Source: Candidatus Nitrospinota bacterium M3_3B_026 | GTDB taxonomy: Bacteria > Nitrospinota_A > UBA7883 > JBPRGF01 | Length of the DNA stretch: 64,000 bases | Assembly (NCBI GenBank): GCA_051418015.1 | Contig: JBPRGF010000029.1 | Location: 64,001 to 128,000, forward strand | Direction: 5' to 3' | Part shown: positions 1 to 9,848 of the stretch, one piece after another | Layout: every line of letters begins with the position of its first letter | Numbering within the stretch: position 1 is the first letter of the stretch | The notes under the pieces: generated by a model | The model's database searches: none | What the model saw: only the letters and a program-made list of their open reading frames with translations | What the model was told of the DNA's origin: nothing | Translations under genes and position numbers: made by a program

Positions 1-210
1 GGGGAGAAGCTCGGCGAGGCCGTCGACCCGTGGGGCGCCCACCGGGCCGGTTTTCACGCCGAGGGAAAGATAAACCGGAAGGATTTCAACGTCAATTTCC
101 ACAAGCTGCTGGAGACCGGCGGCCTGGTGGTCGGCGACGAGGTGACCATCGAGCTTGACATCGAGGGGGTAAAACGGGGCACGCCGCCGAAAAAACAGGC
201 GGCGAAGTAG
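1..210 (+). CDS. YceI family (lipid/polyisoprenoid-binding) protein, 3' part only
   Basis: Own translation of frame 1: GEKLGEAVDPWGAHRAGFHAEGKINRKDFNVNFHKLLETGGLVVGDEVTIELDIEGVK...*. DPWG..RAGF, INRKDF and GGxVVGDEVxIxxxxE are typical of the YceI C-terminus. Confidence 0.85.
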   Translation, partial: GEKLGEAVDPWGAHRAGFHAEGKINRKDFNVNFHKLLETGGLVVGDEVTIELDIEGVKRGTPPKKQAAK

Positions 211-357
211 CCCCCGGCTGTTCGCTGGGGATTTTTTGGCCTTATCCCTTCCGGGGAGAGGACAAAAATCTCATCCAAGGGACGGGGAACCCCGGCGCCG
301 TAAGGCGTTTGGGGTTCTTCGCGCCTTTCGGGGCGCCATTGGCCGCGGGGCCGTTTT

Positions 358-543
358 TCAGGCCAGGATATTGACCTTTCCGCCCGGCGGCGCCGGGGGG
401 AGACCGTCGCGGGCGCTCTGGGCCAGGGCGGCCCTCTGAGGATCGCCGGAGTCGGTCTTCACATCCCTTATCATCGCGCCCCTGGGCTTCATGGGAACAT
501 CGGGGTGCTTTCCCGTCAGGTTCGCTATGTCAACTGCCGACAT
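358..543 (-). CDS. Small hypothetical protein (61 aa) ending GGKVNILA
   Basis: ORF with ATG after an A-rich stretch, downstream of pfp. The C-terminal G-x-x-V-N-I-x-A resembles the tail of YjfB-like small proteins. Confidence 0.4.
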   Translation of the reverse strand: MSAVDIANLTGKHPDVPMKPRGAMIRDVKTDSGDPQRAALAQSARDGLPPAPPGGKVNILA

Positions 544-638
544 TTTTTGACCCTATAAAATCAATGCCTGCGCGTCGCGGCGAAAACGGCCCTTTCGCTT
601 CATCTTGATAAAGATGATCGGCGCCAGTCCCCGAAAAC

Positions 639-1961
639 TCAAGCGTTCGGCGCGGTCTCCCCCACGGGCTGCTGGTACGGGATGTAGGTCGTCGGCCCCT
701 CGAAGTCCACGGCGACCCTCTCAAAACGCTCGCGGAAGGCGGCGGGGTCAAGGTTGGTCTGGGAGGCAAGGAGTTTTATGTACCCCTCGTCGGCGAAGTC
801 CCGCTTGCGCAGGCGGATCATGTATTCCAGCGCCATCTCGTATGCCTCGGTGTGAATGTCCACCAGGCGGACCTTCGTCTTGCCCGTCTCCGGGTCCATG
901 ATGCTGTAGAAGGGCATGGGGACGATCCGCCCGTCCTGGATCGTCACCATGTCGCCGGTGCCCCCCAGCAGGGCGTGCTTGGCCGCGGCGAAGCCCAGCT
1001 CCTTCGTGTACTCCATGTCGAAAGGCGTCGGCTCCACGCAGCGCAGCTCGTAGCCTATGTTCTTGTCCACGATGGTGGTTTTGATCCCCAGCTTCGCAAG
1101 CTCGGCCTTGACGGTGTTTTTCACCACCCTGCCGAGGTCTATCTCCGAAAGGCGCGGGTGGCCGTGCTCGTCGTACTCCAGGCTCCCCATCCGCTCAAGC
1201 TCCTGGTGGGTGAGCTTCTGGGCCAGCCCCTCGGCCAGTATGGCCACGCCGTAGGGCCTGCCCGCCGCCTTGCGCTTGATGATGGCGCCGATCAGCGTGT
1301 CCACCAGCCAGGAGAAGTCAAGATGCGGAGCGGAGCATTCCTCCGGGATCACAGTCAGCGTCGCCCCGGAGGGCTTGCCGATCCCGAGGGCCAGGTGGCC
1401 CGCCTTCCGGCCCATCGCCACCACGAAGTACCACCGCTGCGTCGTCTTGGCGTCGTTCATGATGTTCTTGACGATCCGCACGCCGAAGCTTCTGGCCGAG
1501 GCGAAGCCGAAGGTGCGGATGCCGTGGGGGAGGTTCAGGTCGTTGTCTATCGTCTTGGGGACGTGGATGACCTGGAGCCTGCCCGCGGCGGCCTTGGCCA
1601 CCTGGTGGGCGGAAAAGCAGGTGTCGTCCCCGCCGATGGTGATAAGGCAGTTGACGCCGAGCTTTTTGAGGGCGCCCACCACGGCATGGATGTCCTCGGC
1701 TCTCTTCGTGGGGTTGGCCCGCGAGGTGCGCAGGATGGAGCCCCCCTCGAAGTGGATCACGGATACGTCGTCTATCCCCAGTTCGCGGACCTGCGATACG
1801 TCGCCTTTCATCAGGTTTGCGAACCCGTCGTATATCCCCACCACGCCCGCGCCGTGGTTGCGCAGCTTTATGGTGGCGGCGCGGATGACGCTGTTTATCC
1901 CCGGCGCCGGGCCGCCGCCGACGAGTATCCCTACCTTTAAATTGGCGACAGCTTTTGGCAT
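639..1961 (-). CDS. pfp: Pyrophosphate-dependent 6-phosphofructokinase
   Basis: GGGPAPGIN, GGDD (PPi-type), PKTIDND, MGRKAG and GYELRC motifs. Start taken at ATG 1961. Confidence 0.9.
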   Translation of the reverse strand: MPKAVANLKVGILVGGGPAPGINSVIRAATIKLRNHGAGVVGIYDGFANLMKGDVSQVRELGIDDVSVIHFEGGSILRTSRANPTKRAEDIHAVVGALKKLGVNCLITIGGDDTCFSAHQVAKAAAGRLQVIHVPKTIDNDLNLPHGIRTFGFASARSFGVRIVKNIMNDAKTTQRWYFVVAMGRKAGHLALGIGKPSGATLTVIPEECSAPHLDFSWLVDTLIGAIIKRKAAGRPYGVAILAEGLAQKLTHQELERMGSLEYDEHGHPRLSEIDLGRVVKNTVKAELAKLGIKTTIVDKNIGYELRCVEPTPFDMEYTKELGFAAAKHALLGGTGDMVTIQDGRIVPMPFYSIMDPETGKTKVRLVDIHTEAYEMALEYMIRLRKRDFADEGYIKLLASQTNLDPAAFRERFERVAVDFEGPTTYIPYQQPVGETAPNA

Positions 1962-2176
1962 GGTATGCGCTCTTTCAAAAACAAAACTCCGGATCGACTC
2001 TCTCAACCCAATATAAGGGAGAGGCTCCGGCGAATCAAAAAAAAGATCGCGGGCCGCTCCCGGCGCCCTGGAGAAGCGTAAATAATACTTTACCGTAAAG
2101 CAGGATTATATTATATTATCTGGAAGTGGTGAGAAGTCCAGAGGAAGACGTTTTTTCGGCGCGCAGGTGAGGTCTT

Positions 2177-3658
2177 ATGCGTGAGTCCATGAGCGGATCC
2201 GTTGAAAGGGGATCTTCTCGCCGGAGCGTCTTCAGGCGGCGGTGGTCCGTGGCCGCGGGAGACGGCAGGCTCTCGCCGATATGTTTCATGGGGCTCATCC
2301 TCGTCATAGCCTTCCTTGGCGAGTGGGTCATAATGAGCGTCCTGAACATGCCCGCCGTGAAGATGTCCGTTCTGCCTGAGGCGGCGGTGGATTCGTTCGT
2401 CCTCACGGCGTTTCTCTTCCCTGTTCTCTACTTTCTCAGCTACAGGCCGCTCACCCGCCAGATCGAGGAGAACCGGCTGGCCAGGGAGAGGATCCAGCTT
2501 TTATACGACGAGCTGGACCACACCCTGCGCAACCTCATGGAATCCTTCTCGGACCCCATGGTGGTGATCGACACCAGGGACTACACCGTCCCCCTGGCCA
2601 ACTCCGCCGCCAGGAGGCAGAGGGCCGGCGAGAGAAGCCGTTGCTACAACATGACCTGGGGTCTGGACGCCCCCTGCGACGTGATGGGCCTTTCCTGCCC
2701 GATCGAGACGATCAAACGGACGAAGGAGCCCGTGACCATGGAAGTCCGCCTGGACGGCGGCAGGTGGCGGGAGGTCCGCGCCTACCCGGTCCTGGGCGGC
2801 GGCGGGGAGGTGGAGAGGATCATCGAGTACATGTTCGACGTCTCGGAGCGCAAAGAGGCCGAGGAGGCGCAGAAACAGGCGAACAAGGAGCTGCGGAAGA
2901 CCGTCGGCGCCCTGGAGCGGGCCCGCGTCCAGCTGATACGGTCGGAGAAAATGGCCGCGCTGGGGGGGATCGCCGCCGGGGTCGCCCACGAGCTTAAGAA
3001 CCCGTTGAACATAATCTCCACCTCCGTCCAGCTTCTGAGCATGGAGGAGGGCATGCCGGAGGAGTTCCGCGACACGTGCAAGATGATCCAGGCGCAGGTG
3101 GGCCGCTGCGTCAAGATAATCGAGAACCTGCGGGACTTCGCCAGGAAGAAAAAACCCGAGATGACCGAGGTGGACCTTCATGATCTGCTGAACAAGACCG
3201 TCGAACTGCTGGAGTACGAGATGAAGGTGGAGAACATCAAGGTGGAGCGGCGCTTCAGCCCCGATCCGGTGTTCGTGGAGGGGGATGAGGACCAGCTGGC
3301 GCAGGTCTTTTTGAACCTGATCGGCAACGCCCGCGACGCCATGAAGGAGAGGCAGGAGGGCCGCTCCTACGATGAGCTTGCGAAGATGGACTGGACGGGC
3401 AGGCTCATCATCTCCACCAGCGTCGAGGACTCCGCGGCCCGCGTAAAGTTTCTGGACACCGGCGGCGGCGTCCCGGAGGAGGTGATTCGGAAAATCTTCG
3501 ACCCATTCTTCACCACCAAGGGCGAGGATAGGGGCACCGGCCTCGGGCTTGCCATATCGAAAGACATAGTGGAGAACCACCACGGCCGGATCGAGCTGGA
3601 AAACCACGAGGGAGAGGGGGCGTCGTTCAACGTCGTGCTCCCCACGAAGGCCGGTTGA
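2177..3658 (+). CDS. Membrane-bound PAS-domain sensor histidine kinase (NtrB-like)
   Basis: Two N-terminal TM helices, PAS domain, H-box AHELKNPL, N-box QVFLNLIGNARDA, G1 DTGGG, F-box FDPFFTTK, G2 GTGLGL. Confidence 0.92.
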   Translation: MRESMSGSVERGSSRRSVFRRRWSVAAGDGRLSPICFMGLILVIAFLGEWVIMSVLNMPAVKMSVLPEAAVDSFVLTAFLFPVLYFLSYRPLTRQIEENRLARERIQLLYDELDHTLRNLMESFSDPMVVIDTRDYTVPLANSAARRQRAGERSRCYNMTWGLDAPCDVMGLSCPIETIKRTKEPVTMEVRLDGGRWREVRAYPVLGGGGEVERIIEYMFDVSERKEAEEAQKQANKELRKTVGALERARVQLIRSEKMAALGGIAAGVAHELKNPLNIISTSVQLLSMEEGMPEEFRDTCKMIQAQVGRCVKIIENLRDFARKKKPEMTEVDLHDLLNKTVELLEYEMKVENIKVERRFSPDPVFVEGDEDQLAQVFLNLIGNARDAMKERQEGRSYDELAKMDWTGRLIISTSVEDSAARVKFLDTGGGVPEEVIRKIFDPFFTTKGEDRGTGLGLAISKDIVENHHGRIELENHEGEGASFNVVLPTKAG

Positions 3659-3716
3659 CGCGCCCCCCACGCCGTCATGTTCATCCGCGGCGGGGGATGG
3701 TAAAATCGGCTCTCCC

Positions 3717-3805
3717 GCCGGGATGGCGGAACTGGTATACGCAGGGGACTTAAAATCCCCCGGCGCCTTTGCGCCTTGCGGGTTCGAGTCCCGCTCCCGG
3801 CACCA
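3717..3805 (+). tRNA. tRNA-Leu(UAA)
   Basis: GCCGGGA...TCCCGGCACCA acceptor, anticodon arm GGGGA-CTTAAAA-TCCCC, long variable arm, GGTTCGAGTCC T-loop, encoded CCA. Confidence 0.95.
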
Positions 3806-3964
3806 GGTTTTTTTACACGCTTGAGCCCTGCCCTGAGGCGCCATGGGATACCCGTGGGCCCCAGCCCCCGGCCGCCCGGCCCGAGTTCCGAACGAGCGCT
3901 GCACCCCCTTCATCCCGGACGCCAAAGCGGCCTGGGCGCGCCTGAAAAGGGCAGGTTTTTCCCC

Positions 3965-4825
3965 TTACCCCGTAATGTCCAGCAACGAGCCGATGATCCC
4001 GGCCTGGCTCTGCTGGCCCTGCCTCAGGGCGCTGATCCCGGCGGCGCCGAGGGCCTGGTTTCTCGCGAAGGCTGACGTCTCCCGGGCGTAGTCCAGCCCG
4101 CGGATGGCGGTGTTGGCGGCGGCGAGGTTCTCCCTCTGGACTCCGAGGTTGGCGGCGGCGGCCTGGAGCCGGTTCTGGGTGGCGCCGATCCGCGCCCGCC
4201 GCTGGGTGACACGTTCTATCGCCGTGTCGAACTGGCTGAGGGCGTCTCTCGCTCCCGCCTGGGTGGATATGTCCACACCGGCGATCCCCAGGGCCGCGGC
4301 GTCGGTCGCCTCGACAACGTTCAGGTTTACCCTGTCCTCGGGGGTGTTCTGGATCCCCGCCTGGACCTCCACCTGCTCCACCGCGCCGGGGGCCAGGTCT
4401 CCGGCCAGCGGCTTCGTTCCGTTGAACTCGGTGACGTTCGTGATCCTGGTCACCTCCGCCTGTATGGACTCTATCTCGTTCTGGAGCAGCGCCCGCTGCT
4501 CATCGCCCACCGTGCCCGAGGCGGCCTGGATGGAAAGCTCCCGCCCCCGGGCCAGCAGGTCCGATATCTGCGTCAGGCCCCCCTCGGCGACCCGGAGCAT
4601 CCCCCCGGCGTCGGCGATGTTCCGCCCGGCCTGCTCGGCGGAGCGGATGTCGGCGATGAGCTGTTCGGATATGGCAAGCCCCGCCGCGTCGTCCGCGGCC
4701 CGGTTGATCCTCATCCCCGAGGCGAGACGGGAAAGGTTCTGCCCGATCCTGTTCTGGGCGTCGCCTATGTGGCGTATCCCGATCAGGGCGGACTGGCTGC
4801 CGGCGTTCAAGGGCTGGATAGGCAT
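3965..4825 (-). CDS. fliC: Flagellin-family protein (short, with atypical termini)
   Basis: RLASGMRINRAADDAAGLAIS, LRVAEGGL, TEFNG, RARIGATQNRL and ENLAAA...DYARE match the Flagellin_N and Flagellin_C domains. Confidence 0.85.
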   Translation of the reverse strand: MPIQPLNAGSQSALIGIRHIGDAQNRIGQNLSRLASGMRINRAADDAAGLAISEQLIADIRSAEQAGRNIADAGGMLRVAEGGLTQISDLLARGRELSIQAASGTVGDEQRALLQNEIESIQAEVTRITNVTEFNGTKPLAGDLAPGAVEQVEVQAGIQNTPEDRVNLNVVEATDAAALGIAGVDISTQAGARDALSQFDTAIERVTQRRARIGATQNRLQAAAANLGVQRENLAAANTAIRGLDYARETSAFARNQALGAAGISALRQGQQSQAGIIGSLLDITG

Positions 4826-4886
4826 TTTTTGTGTTCTCCGGGGCGCCTCTTTCCTGTATACAAACTACTCCCGGGGGAGAATATTG

Positions 4887-5471
4887 TCAATCGACAGATG
4901 TCCGGTCCCGCAACGGCGGGGGATCCCAGTTGACGAAGGACCATTCCGCGTCTTCCATGGACGGGTCGATCAGTCCTACGTTCATCGGAAAACCCTCCTT
5001 TATCCCCGCGATCTTGAGGCTGAACTCGAGCTTTTTGTGTTTGCCGTAACACTTGCCCCAGCAGGCCTTGATCCGCCACATGTCACGCCCGGTATAGTCC
5101 GGGTAGCCATATTTTTTGACCAGCGCCATGAAGAGGGGGTAAGGGTCCGGCGTGTTCTTGAACACCCTGTATCTCAGGACGTGGAAAAGCCGCGTCTCGC
5201 CCTTTTCATCTCCGGCGAACCTCAGGACAAGCCTGCCCGGAAAAGCCATCAGACCGATGATCCGTCCGTCCGCGACCTTCGCCTCCTCCAGCTCCAGATC
5301 AGGTATTTTTCGCCGGACCTCGCCGACGGTCATGCCCAGCGTGAGGCCGTTGATGGCGAACTTCGAGACGTCGCTTTCGGCGAAAGCCGGTCCGCAAAGC
5401 ATGACAGCCATGACCGAAAGCGAACAGACAAACCTTTGAAGTAGATGAGACAAAACAGGAATCCCCCCCAT
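4887..5471 (-). CDS. Hypothetical exported protein
   Basis: Signal peptide-like N-terminus ending AFA-ES, followed by INGLTLGMT. No family recognised. Confidence 0.6.
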   Translation of the reverse strand: MGGIPVLSHLLQRFVCSLSVMAVMLCGPAFAESDVSKFAINGLTLGMTVGEVRRKIPDLELEEAKVADGRIIGLMAFPGRLVLRFAGDEKGETRLFHVLRYRVFKNTPDPYPLFMALVKKYGYPDYTGRDMWRIKACWGKCYGKHKKLEFSLKIAGIKEGFPMNVGLIDPSMEDAEWSFVNWDPPPLRDRTSVD

Positions 5472-5515
5472 CTTTAAAGCCCGGCCCCCTGGAAAGGCGC
5501 GGGAAAGATATTTTT

Positions 5516-5592
5516 TGGCGCGCCCGGAGGGATTCGAACCCCCGACACACGGATCCGAAGTCCGTTGCTCTATCCAGCTGAGCTACGGGCGC
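5516..5592 (-). tRNA. tRNA-Arg(UCG)
   Basis: Reverse complement GCGCCCGTAGCTCAGCTGGATAGAGCAACGGACTTCGGATCCGT...GGTTCGAATCC...GCGCGCCA; anticodon TCG. Confidence 0.95.
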
Positions 5593-5636
5593 CCTGCGCG
5601 GCGTTTGCGCGCCATGATGACGGCTCTTCGCCGGGA

Positions 5637-6089
5637 TCAGGCCCCGGCCGCGGGTGAAGAACCCGGACTCTCCGTTTTCCCCCCGATCTCGGCGGTCTGC
5701 GGCCGGTCGCCCTTTTTAAGCACCAGCGGCCTGACCTTTCCCTCTTCGCGTTTTATCATGGAGACGGAGCCCTCCAGCAGCGCCCCGTCCTCGATATTCA
5801 GCGACGGCGTGACGACGTTGCCGATGAGGCGTCCTTTGCTGGTGATGCTGACCTTTTTCTCCGCGGTGACGTCGCCCTCAAGCCTTCCCTGGACCATCAG
5901 CGTCCCCACCTTTATCTGGGCTTTCACCTCGGCGTTTTCGCCGATGATGAGGTTGTCCTTGGTCACGACCTCGCCTTCGAACTTGCCGTCTATGCGGACG
6001 GTACCCTCAAACGAAAGGAGGCCCTTGAACTCCGTCTCGTCGCCCAGAAAGGCTTTTATGACGTCTTTTTCCATCGCGCTGCGAGCCAT
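5637..6089 (-). CDS. Bactofilin (polymer-forming cytoskeletal protein, CcmA family)
   Basis: [28 protein letters not shown]...[13 protein letters not shown]...[22 protein letters not shown] beta-helix pattern. Confidence 0.92.
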   Translation of the reverse strand: MARSAMEKDVIKAFLGDETEFKGLLSFEGTVRIDGKFEGEVVTKDNLIIGENAEVKAQIKVGTLMVQGRLEGDVTAEKKVSITSKGRLIGNVVTPSLNIEDGALLEGSVSMIKREEGKVRPLVLKKGDRPQTAEIGGKTESPGSSPAAGA

Positions 6090-6580
6090 GATCTACCCTC
6101 TCCAAAGATAAAAACCGCGCTTTGACCGACCACCAGGGAAAGCTAGAGAATACCCTATCACCCGGCCCGATACAACGCAAATCCCCGTTGCGCCTCCATC
6201 CACGGTTAATAGACAGGGACGGTGATATTTATAATGTCCCCTCCCTCCGGGAGAGGGGATTGTTAGTTGGCTCAGGATCATGCGGGCTCCTGAATTTCCC
6301 CTCAAAAACCCCCTCCCGCCTTGCGGCGGACTCCCCCTTGCCATGGGGAAAGAGAGGACGCCGGCGCCGGGCTTTCCCCTCAGAAACTTCAGCCACGGAA
6401 GTGGAAAGCAGGATGGCTTGACCGGGAACCGGGGGGAGTCCCTCCGCGAGGGGTTTGACGTGGTATCATGAATCGCATCATATTGTTATAAAAAGAGCTG
6501 AGCGGCGCCTCTCCGGCGTTTCTCACCGGCGCGAACGACGCGGGAGCGGGACAGCCCCCGCGGGTTTTGAAGGAAGTTGG

Positions 6581-9028
6581 ATGACAGCATCACCCGGCGC
6601 CTCGCCGCCAAGCGGCGTGGGTCTCCCTACTCCGCTCGACATCGGCGGCCTGCGATGGCTTGGCGTTCTCGCCTACGCCACGGCGGCGGGGATATTCATC
6701 ATCGACATAAGCCTGCCCCTCGGCGTCGCGGGCGGCGTTCCTTACGTGATCCCCATGTTGTTCGCCTTCCGGGCGCCGAAAGACAGCAGCATCTACCTGC
6801 TGGCCGGGACATGCTCCGTCCTGACGGTCCTCGGATTTTTCCTCTCCACGCCGGGGGGGATGATGTGGATGGTTGTCCTCAACCGCGCCCTGGCCCTGGC
6901 GGCCATATGGGCGCCGGCCGCGGCGGCTATCATCTATAAAAGGTGCGACTGGGCGCTGGCGGAGATGAAAAACGGCCTCAGGAAAAGCAGGGAGGCCCTA
7001 GCCCTGGCCCAGCAGGTCGCCCTTCTCGGAAGCTGGGAGTGGGACCTCAAGACGGACGAGGCGAACGTCTCCGACGGTATGTACAAGCTTCTGGGGGTCT
7101 CCCCGGAGAGTTTCCAGCCCTCCCTCGAGGCGTTCATCGGGCTGGTTCATCCAGAGGACAGGGACAGCGTCCGCAAAGCGATCAATGAGCCGCTGGCCTC
7201 CGGCGGGCCGTTCAAGGTCGAGTTCCGCCTGGGGGAGGGGGACGATTCCCTGAAACACATTCTCTCAAGAGGGATGGTTTTCACCGACAGCGGCGGCGAG
7301 CCGGTCAGGATGATCGGCACCATGCTGGACATCACCGAGCGCAAGCGGGCCGAAGAGCGCCTGCAGCTTGCCTCCAAGGTCTTCCAGAATAGCATCGAGG
7401 GGATCATGGTCACCGACCCCGACAGCGTCATCAGGGTAGTGAACCCCGGTTTCACGCAGATCACGGGCTACACCACCGAGGAGGCCATCGGCCGGACGCC
7501 GAGGCTTCTGCGCTCGGACAGGCACGACGAGGCTTTCTACAAGCGGCTGTGGGACAGCATCCTGAAGGACGGGCGCTGGGAGGGGGAGATATGGAACCGG
7601 CGCAAAAGCGGCGAGGCCTACCCGGAGTGGCTGACCATCTCCACCATAAAAGACAGCGAAGGCAAGACTATCAACTACATTGCCCAGTTCCACGACATAA
7701 CCGAGATCAAGCGTCACGAGGAGGAGATAAAGTACCGGGCCTGGCACGACGCCCTGACTGGCCTTCCGAACAGAGAGCTTTTCCGTGACCGCGTGGACGT
7801 GGCCATAGCCAGGGCGATCCGGAGCGGCAGGAAGGCGGCGGTCTTCTTTATCGACCTGGACAACTTCAAGAACATAAACGACAGCCTCGGGCACGCCACG
7901 GGAGACCTTTTCCTGCAAGGGGTGGCGGCCAGGCTGGTGGCGCTTATGCGGGAGGAGGACACCATTTCCCGCTTCGGAGGGGACGAGTTCACCATCCTCA
8001 TCGAGGACATGGAACACGAGGAGGACGTGGACTCCGTCGCCCGGAAGATATTCCAGGAGATGGCGGAGCCCTTCCTGCTTGGCGGGCAGGAGCTTTTCGT
8101 CACCGTCAGCGTCGGCGTCGCCATCTATCCCGACGACGGGGAGGAGGCGGACACTATCATAAAGAACGCCGACGTGGCCATGTACCGCGCCAAGGAGAGG
8201 GGCAAAAACAACTACATGCTCTACACCCCGGCGATGAACATCCGCATGTTCGAACGGCTGGAGCTGGAGTCGGCGTTGCGCAAGGCCATCGAGCGCGAGG
8301 AGTTCACGCTTTACTACCAGCCGAAGGTGCGGCTTGCCGACGAGCGGATCGTCGGCGCCGAGGCGCTGATCCGCTGGATGCGGCAGGAGTATGGAGTGGT
8401 TCCGCCGGACAAGTTCATCCCCCTGGCCGAGGAGACGGGGCTGATCCTCCAGATCGGCAAGTGGGTGATACCAACCGCCTGCGCCCAGGCGGGCGAATGG
8501 CGCGAGGCCGGGTACGAGGATGTCTCCGTCGCCGTGAACATAAGCGCCCGAAGGTTCCAGCAGAAGGGCCTCGACGAGATCGTGGAGGCCGCCCTGAAGA
8601 AGACCGGCCTGCCGCCTGAAAACCTGGAGCTTGAGATTACCGAGAGCGTGGTCATGAGCGACGTGCAGGTGGCCATAGAGACCTTGCGGACGGTCAGCGT
8701 CATGGGGGTCCGTCTGGCGGTGGACGATTTCGGCACGGGCTACTCATCCCTGGGCTACCTCAAGAAGTTCCCCATCGACTCGCTGAAGATAGACAAGTCA
8801 TTCGTCCAGGACATAACGGAGGAGCCCGACGACGCGGCGATCGTGGCGACGATCATATCCATGGCGAAGAACATGGGCCTGAAGGTCGTGGCGGAGGGGG
8901 TGGAGACGGCCGAGCAGTTGGCTTTTCTGAAAGAGCGGGGCTGCGATGAGGCCCAGGGCTATTATTTCAGCAGACCCGTCCCCGCCGGTGAGTTTCTGGA
9001 GCTGTTGCGGAAAAACAGGAGCCGCTGA
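6581..9028 (+). CDS. Membrane PAS-PAS-GGDEF-EAL diguanylate cyclase/phosphodiesterase
   Basis: N-terminal TM segments, two PAS/PAC domains, HDALTGLPNR, RFGGDEF, GAEALIRW, DDFGTGYSS, VAEGVET. Start uncertain (ATG 6581 chosen; ORF open from 6455). Confidence 0.93.
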   Translation: MTASPGASPPSGVGLPTPLDIGGLRWLGVLAYATAAGIFIIDISLPLGVAGGVPYVIPMLFAFRAPKDSSIYLLAGTCSVLTVLGFFLSTPGGMMWMVVLNRALALAAIWAPAAAAIIYKRCDWALAEMKNGLRKSREALALAQQVALLGSWEWDLKTDEANVSDGMYKLLGVSPESFQPSLEAFIGLVHPEDRDSVRKAINEPLASGGPFKVEFRLGEGDDSLKHILSRGMVFTDSGGEPVRMIGTMLDITERKRAEERLQLASKVFQNSIEGIMVTDPDSVIRVVNPGFTQITGYTTEEAIGRTPRLLRSDRHDEAFYKRLWDSILKDGRWEGEIWNRRKSGEAYPEWLTISTIKDSEGKTINYIAQFHDITEIKRHEEEIKYRAWHDALTGLPNRELFRDRVDVAIARAIRSGRKAAVFFIDLDNFKNINDSLGHATGDLFLQGVAARLVALMREEDTISRFGGDEFTILIEDMEHEEDVDSVARKIFQEMAEPFLLGGQELFVTVSVGVAIYPDDGEEADTIIKNADVAMYRAKERGKNNYMLYTPAMNIRMFERLELESALRKAIEREEFTLYYQPKVRLADERIVGAEALIRWMRQEYGVVPPDKFIPLAEETGLILQIGKWVIPTACAQAGEWREAGYEDVSVAVNISARRFQQKGLDEIVEAALKKTGLPPENLELEITESVVMSDVQVAIETLRTVSVMGVRLAVDDFGTGYSSLGYLKKFPIDSLKIDKSFVQDITEEPDDAAIVATIISMAKNMGLKVVAEGVETAEQLAFLKERGCDEAQGYYFSRPVPAGEFLELLRKNRSR

Positions 9029-9047
9029 CCCGCCCCAACCCGCGCGA

Positions 9048-9839
9048 TCAGTAAAACTCCAGCCCTGCCCGGCGGGCCAGGCCCATGTCCTCCGCCTTTC
9101 CCAGAAAAGCGGAGAGCCCGTCGCGCTCTTCCTCGCCGAGGTCGTATATGATCCGCTTGGTCAGGTAGTCCAGGATCGCGTCGGCTTCACGATGATCCCT
9201 GCCCTCCTGCCGGGCGATAAGCTCCCGCTCGCGCAGGCCGATGCTTTTGGCCTCCTCGATCGCGGCGACGGCTTTGTCCCACCGCCGGCCGCGCCTCGAG
9301 CAGAGCACGGCATGGACGAAGGGACGGCCGGTGCGGCGGAACCACAGCTCGCCGAGGTCATACACCACGTATTTTTCGCGGTCGATCGAAAAAGCCGCGT
9401 CGCCGATGACAAGCCCCCCGTCGGCGGAGCGGAGCATATCGGCCGGGCTTTCCTCCCCGCCGGTTATCATGGCGGGCTCCCTGTTGTACATCTCCTTGAA
9501 CAGTATCCGCAGCATCGCCACCGACGAGCGCGACTTCGGGTCCACGAGGACCGACTCCATGTCCTCCATCGCCATCTCCGAGAAGAGGACGACCGTCTCC
9601 ACCGGCCCCAGCGACGCGATGCAGACGGCGGGGACGATGACGGCGTCCTCGCTCATGGCGTACTCTATGGATGGGATCAGCGCCATGTCCAGATCCCCTT
9701 CGTGGAACCTGTCGGCGAGCCGCGAGGGGGTGTCAATGATAAGCTCGAAAGGGGTCTCCAGAAGGCCATGGCGGAAAGGGTACAGGAGCGGTTTTGAGTT
9801 CAAAAAGTCGTGGAAACCGACGCGGGGCCTGATCTTCAT
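9048..9839 (-). CDS. mqnA: Chorismate dehydratase (futalosine menaquinone pathway)
   Basis: FLNSKPL, SRSSVAML, LVIGDAA, YDLGELW..TGRPFV motifs; adjacent to mqnE. Confidence 0.88.
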   Translation of the reverse strand: MKIRPRVGFHDFLNSKPLLYPFRHGLLETPFELIIDTPSRLADRFHEGDLDMALIPSIEYAMSEDAVIVPAVCIASLGPVETVVLFSEMAMEDMESVLVDPKSRSSVAMLRILFKEMYNREPAMITGGEESPADMLRSADGGLVIGDAAFSIDREKYVVYDLGELWFRRTGRPFVHAVLCSRRGRRWDKAVAAIEEAKSIGLRERELIARQEGRDHREADAILDYLTKRIIYDLGEEERDGLSAFLGKAEDMGLARRAGLEFY

Positions 9840-9848
9840 CCCGCGCCT

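Noticed and set aside
6093..6580. Possible c-di-GMP riboswitch upstream of the GGDEF-EAL gene
   Set aside because: No recognisable consensus by eye; an Rfam/Infernal scan would be needed.
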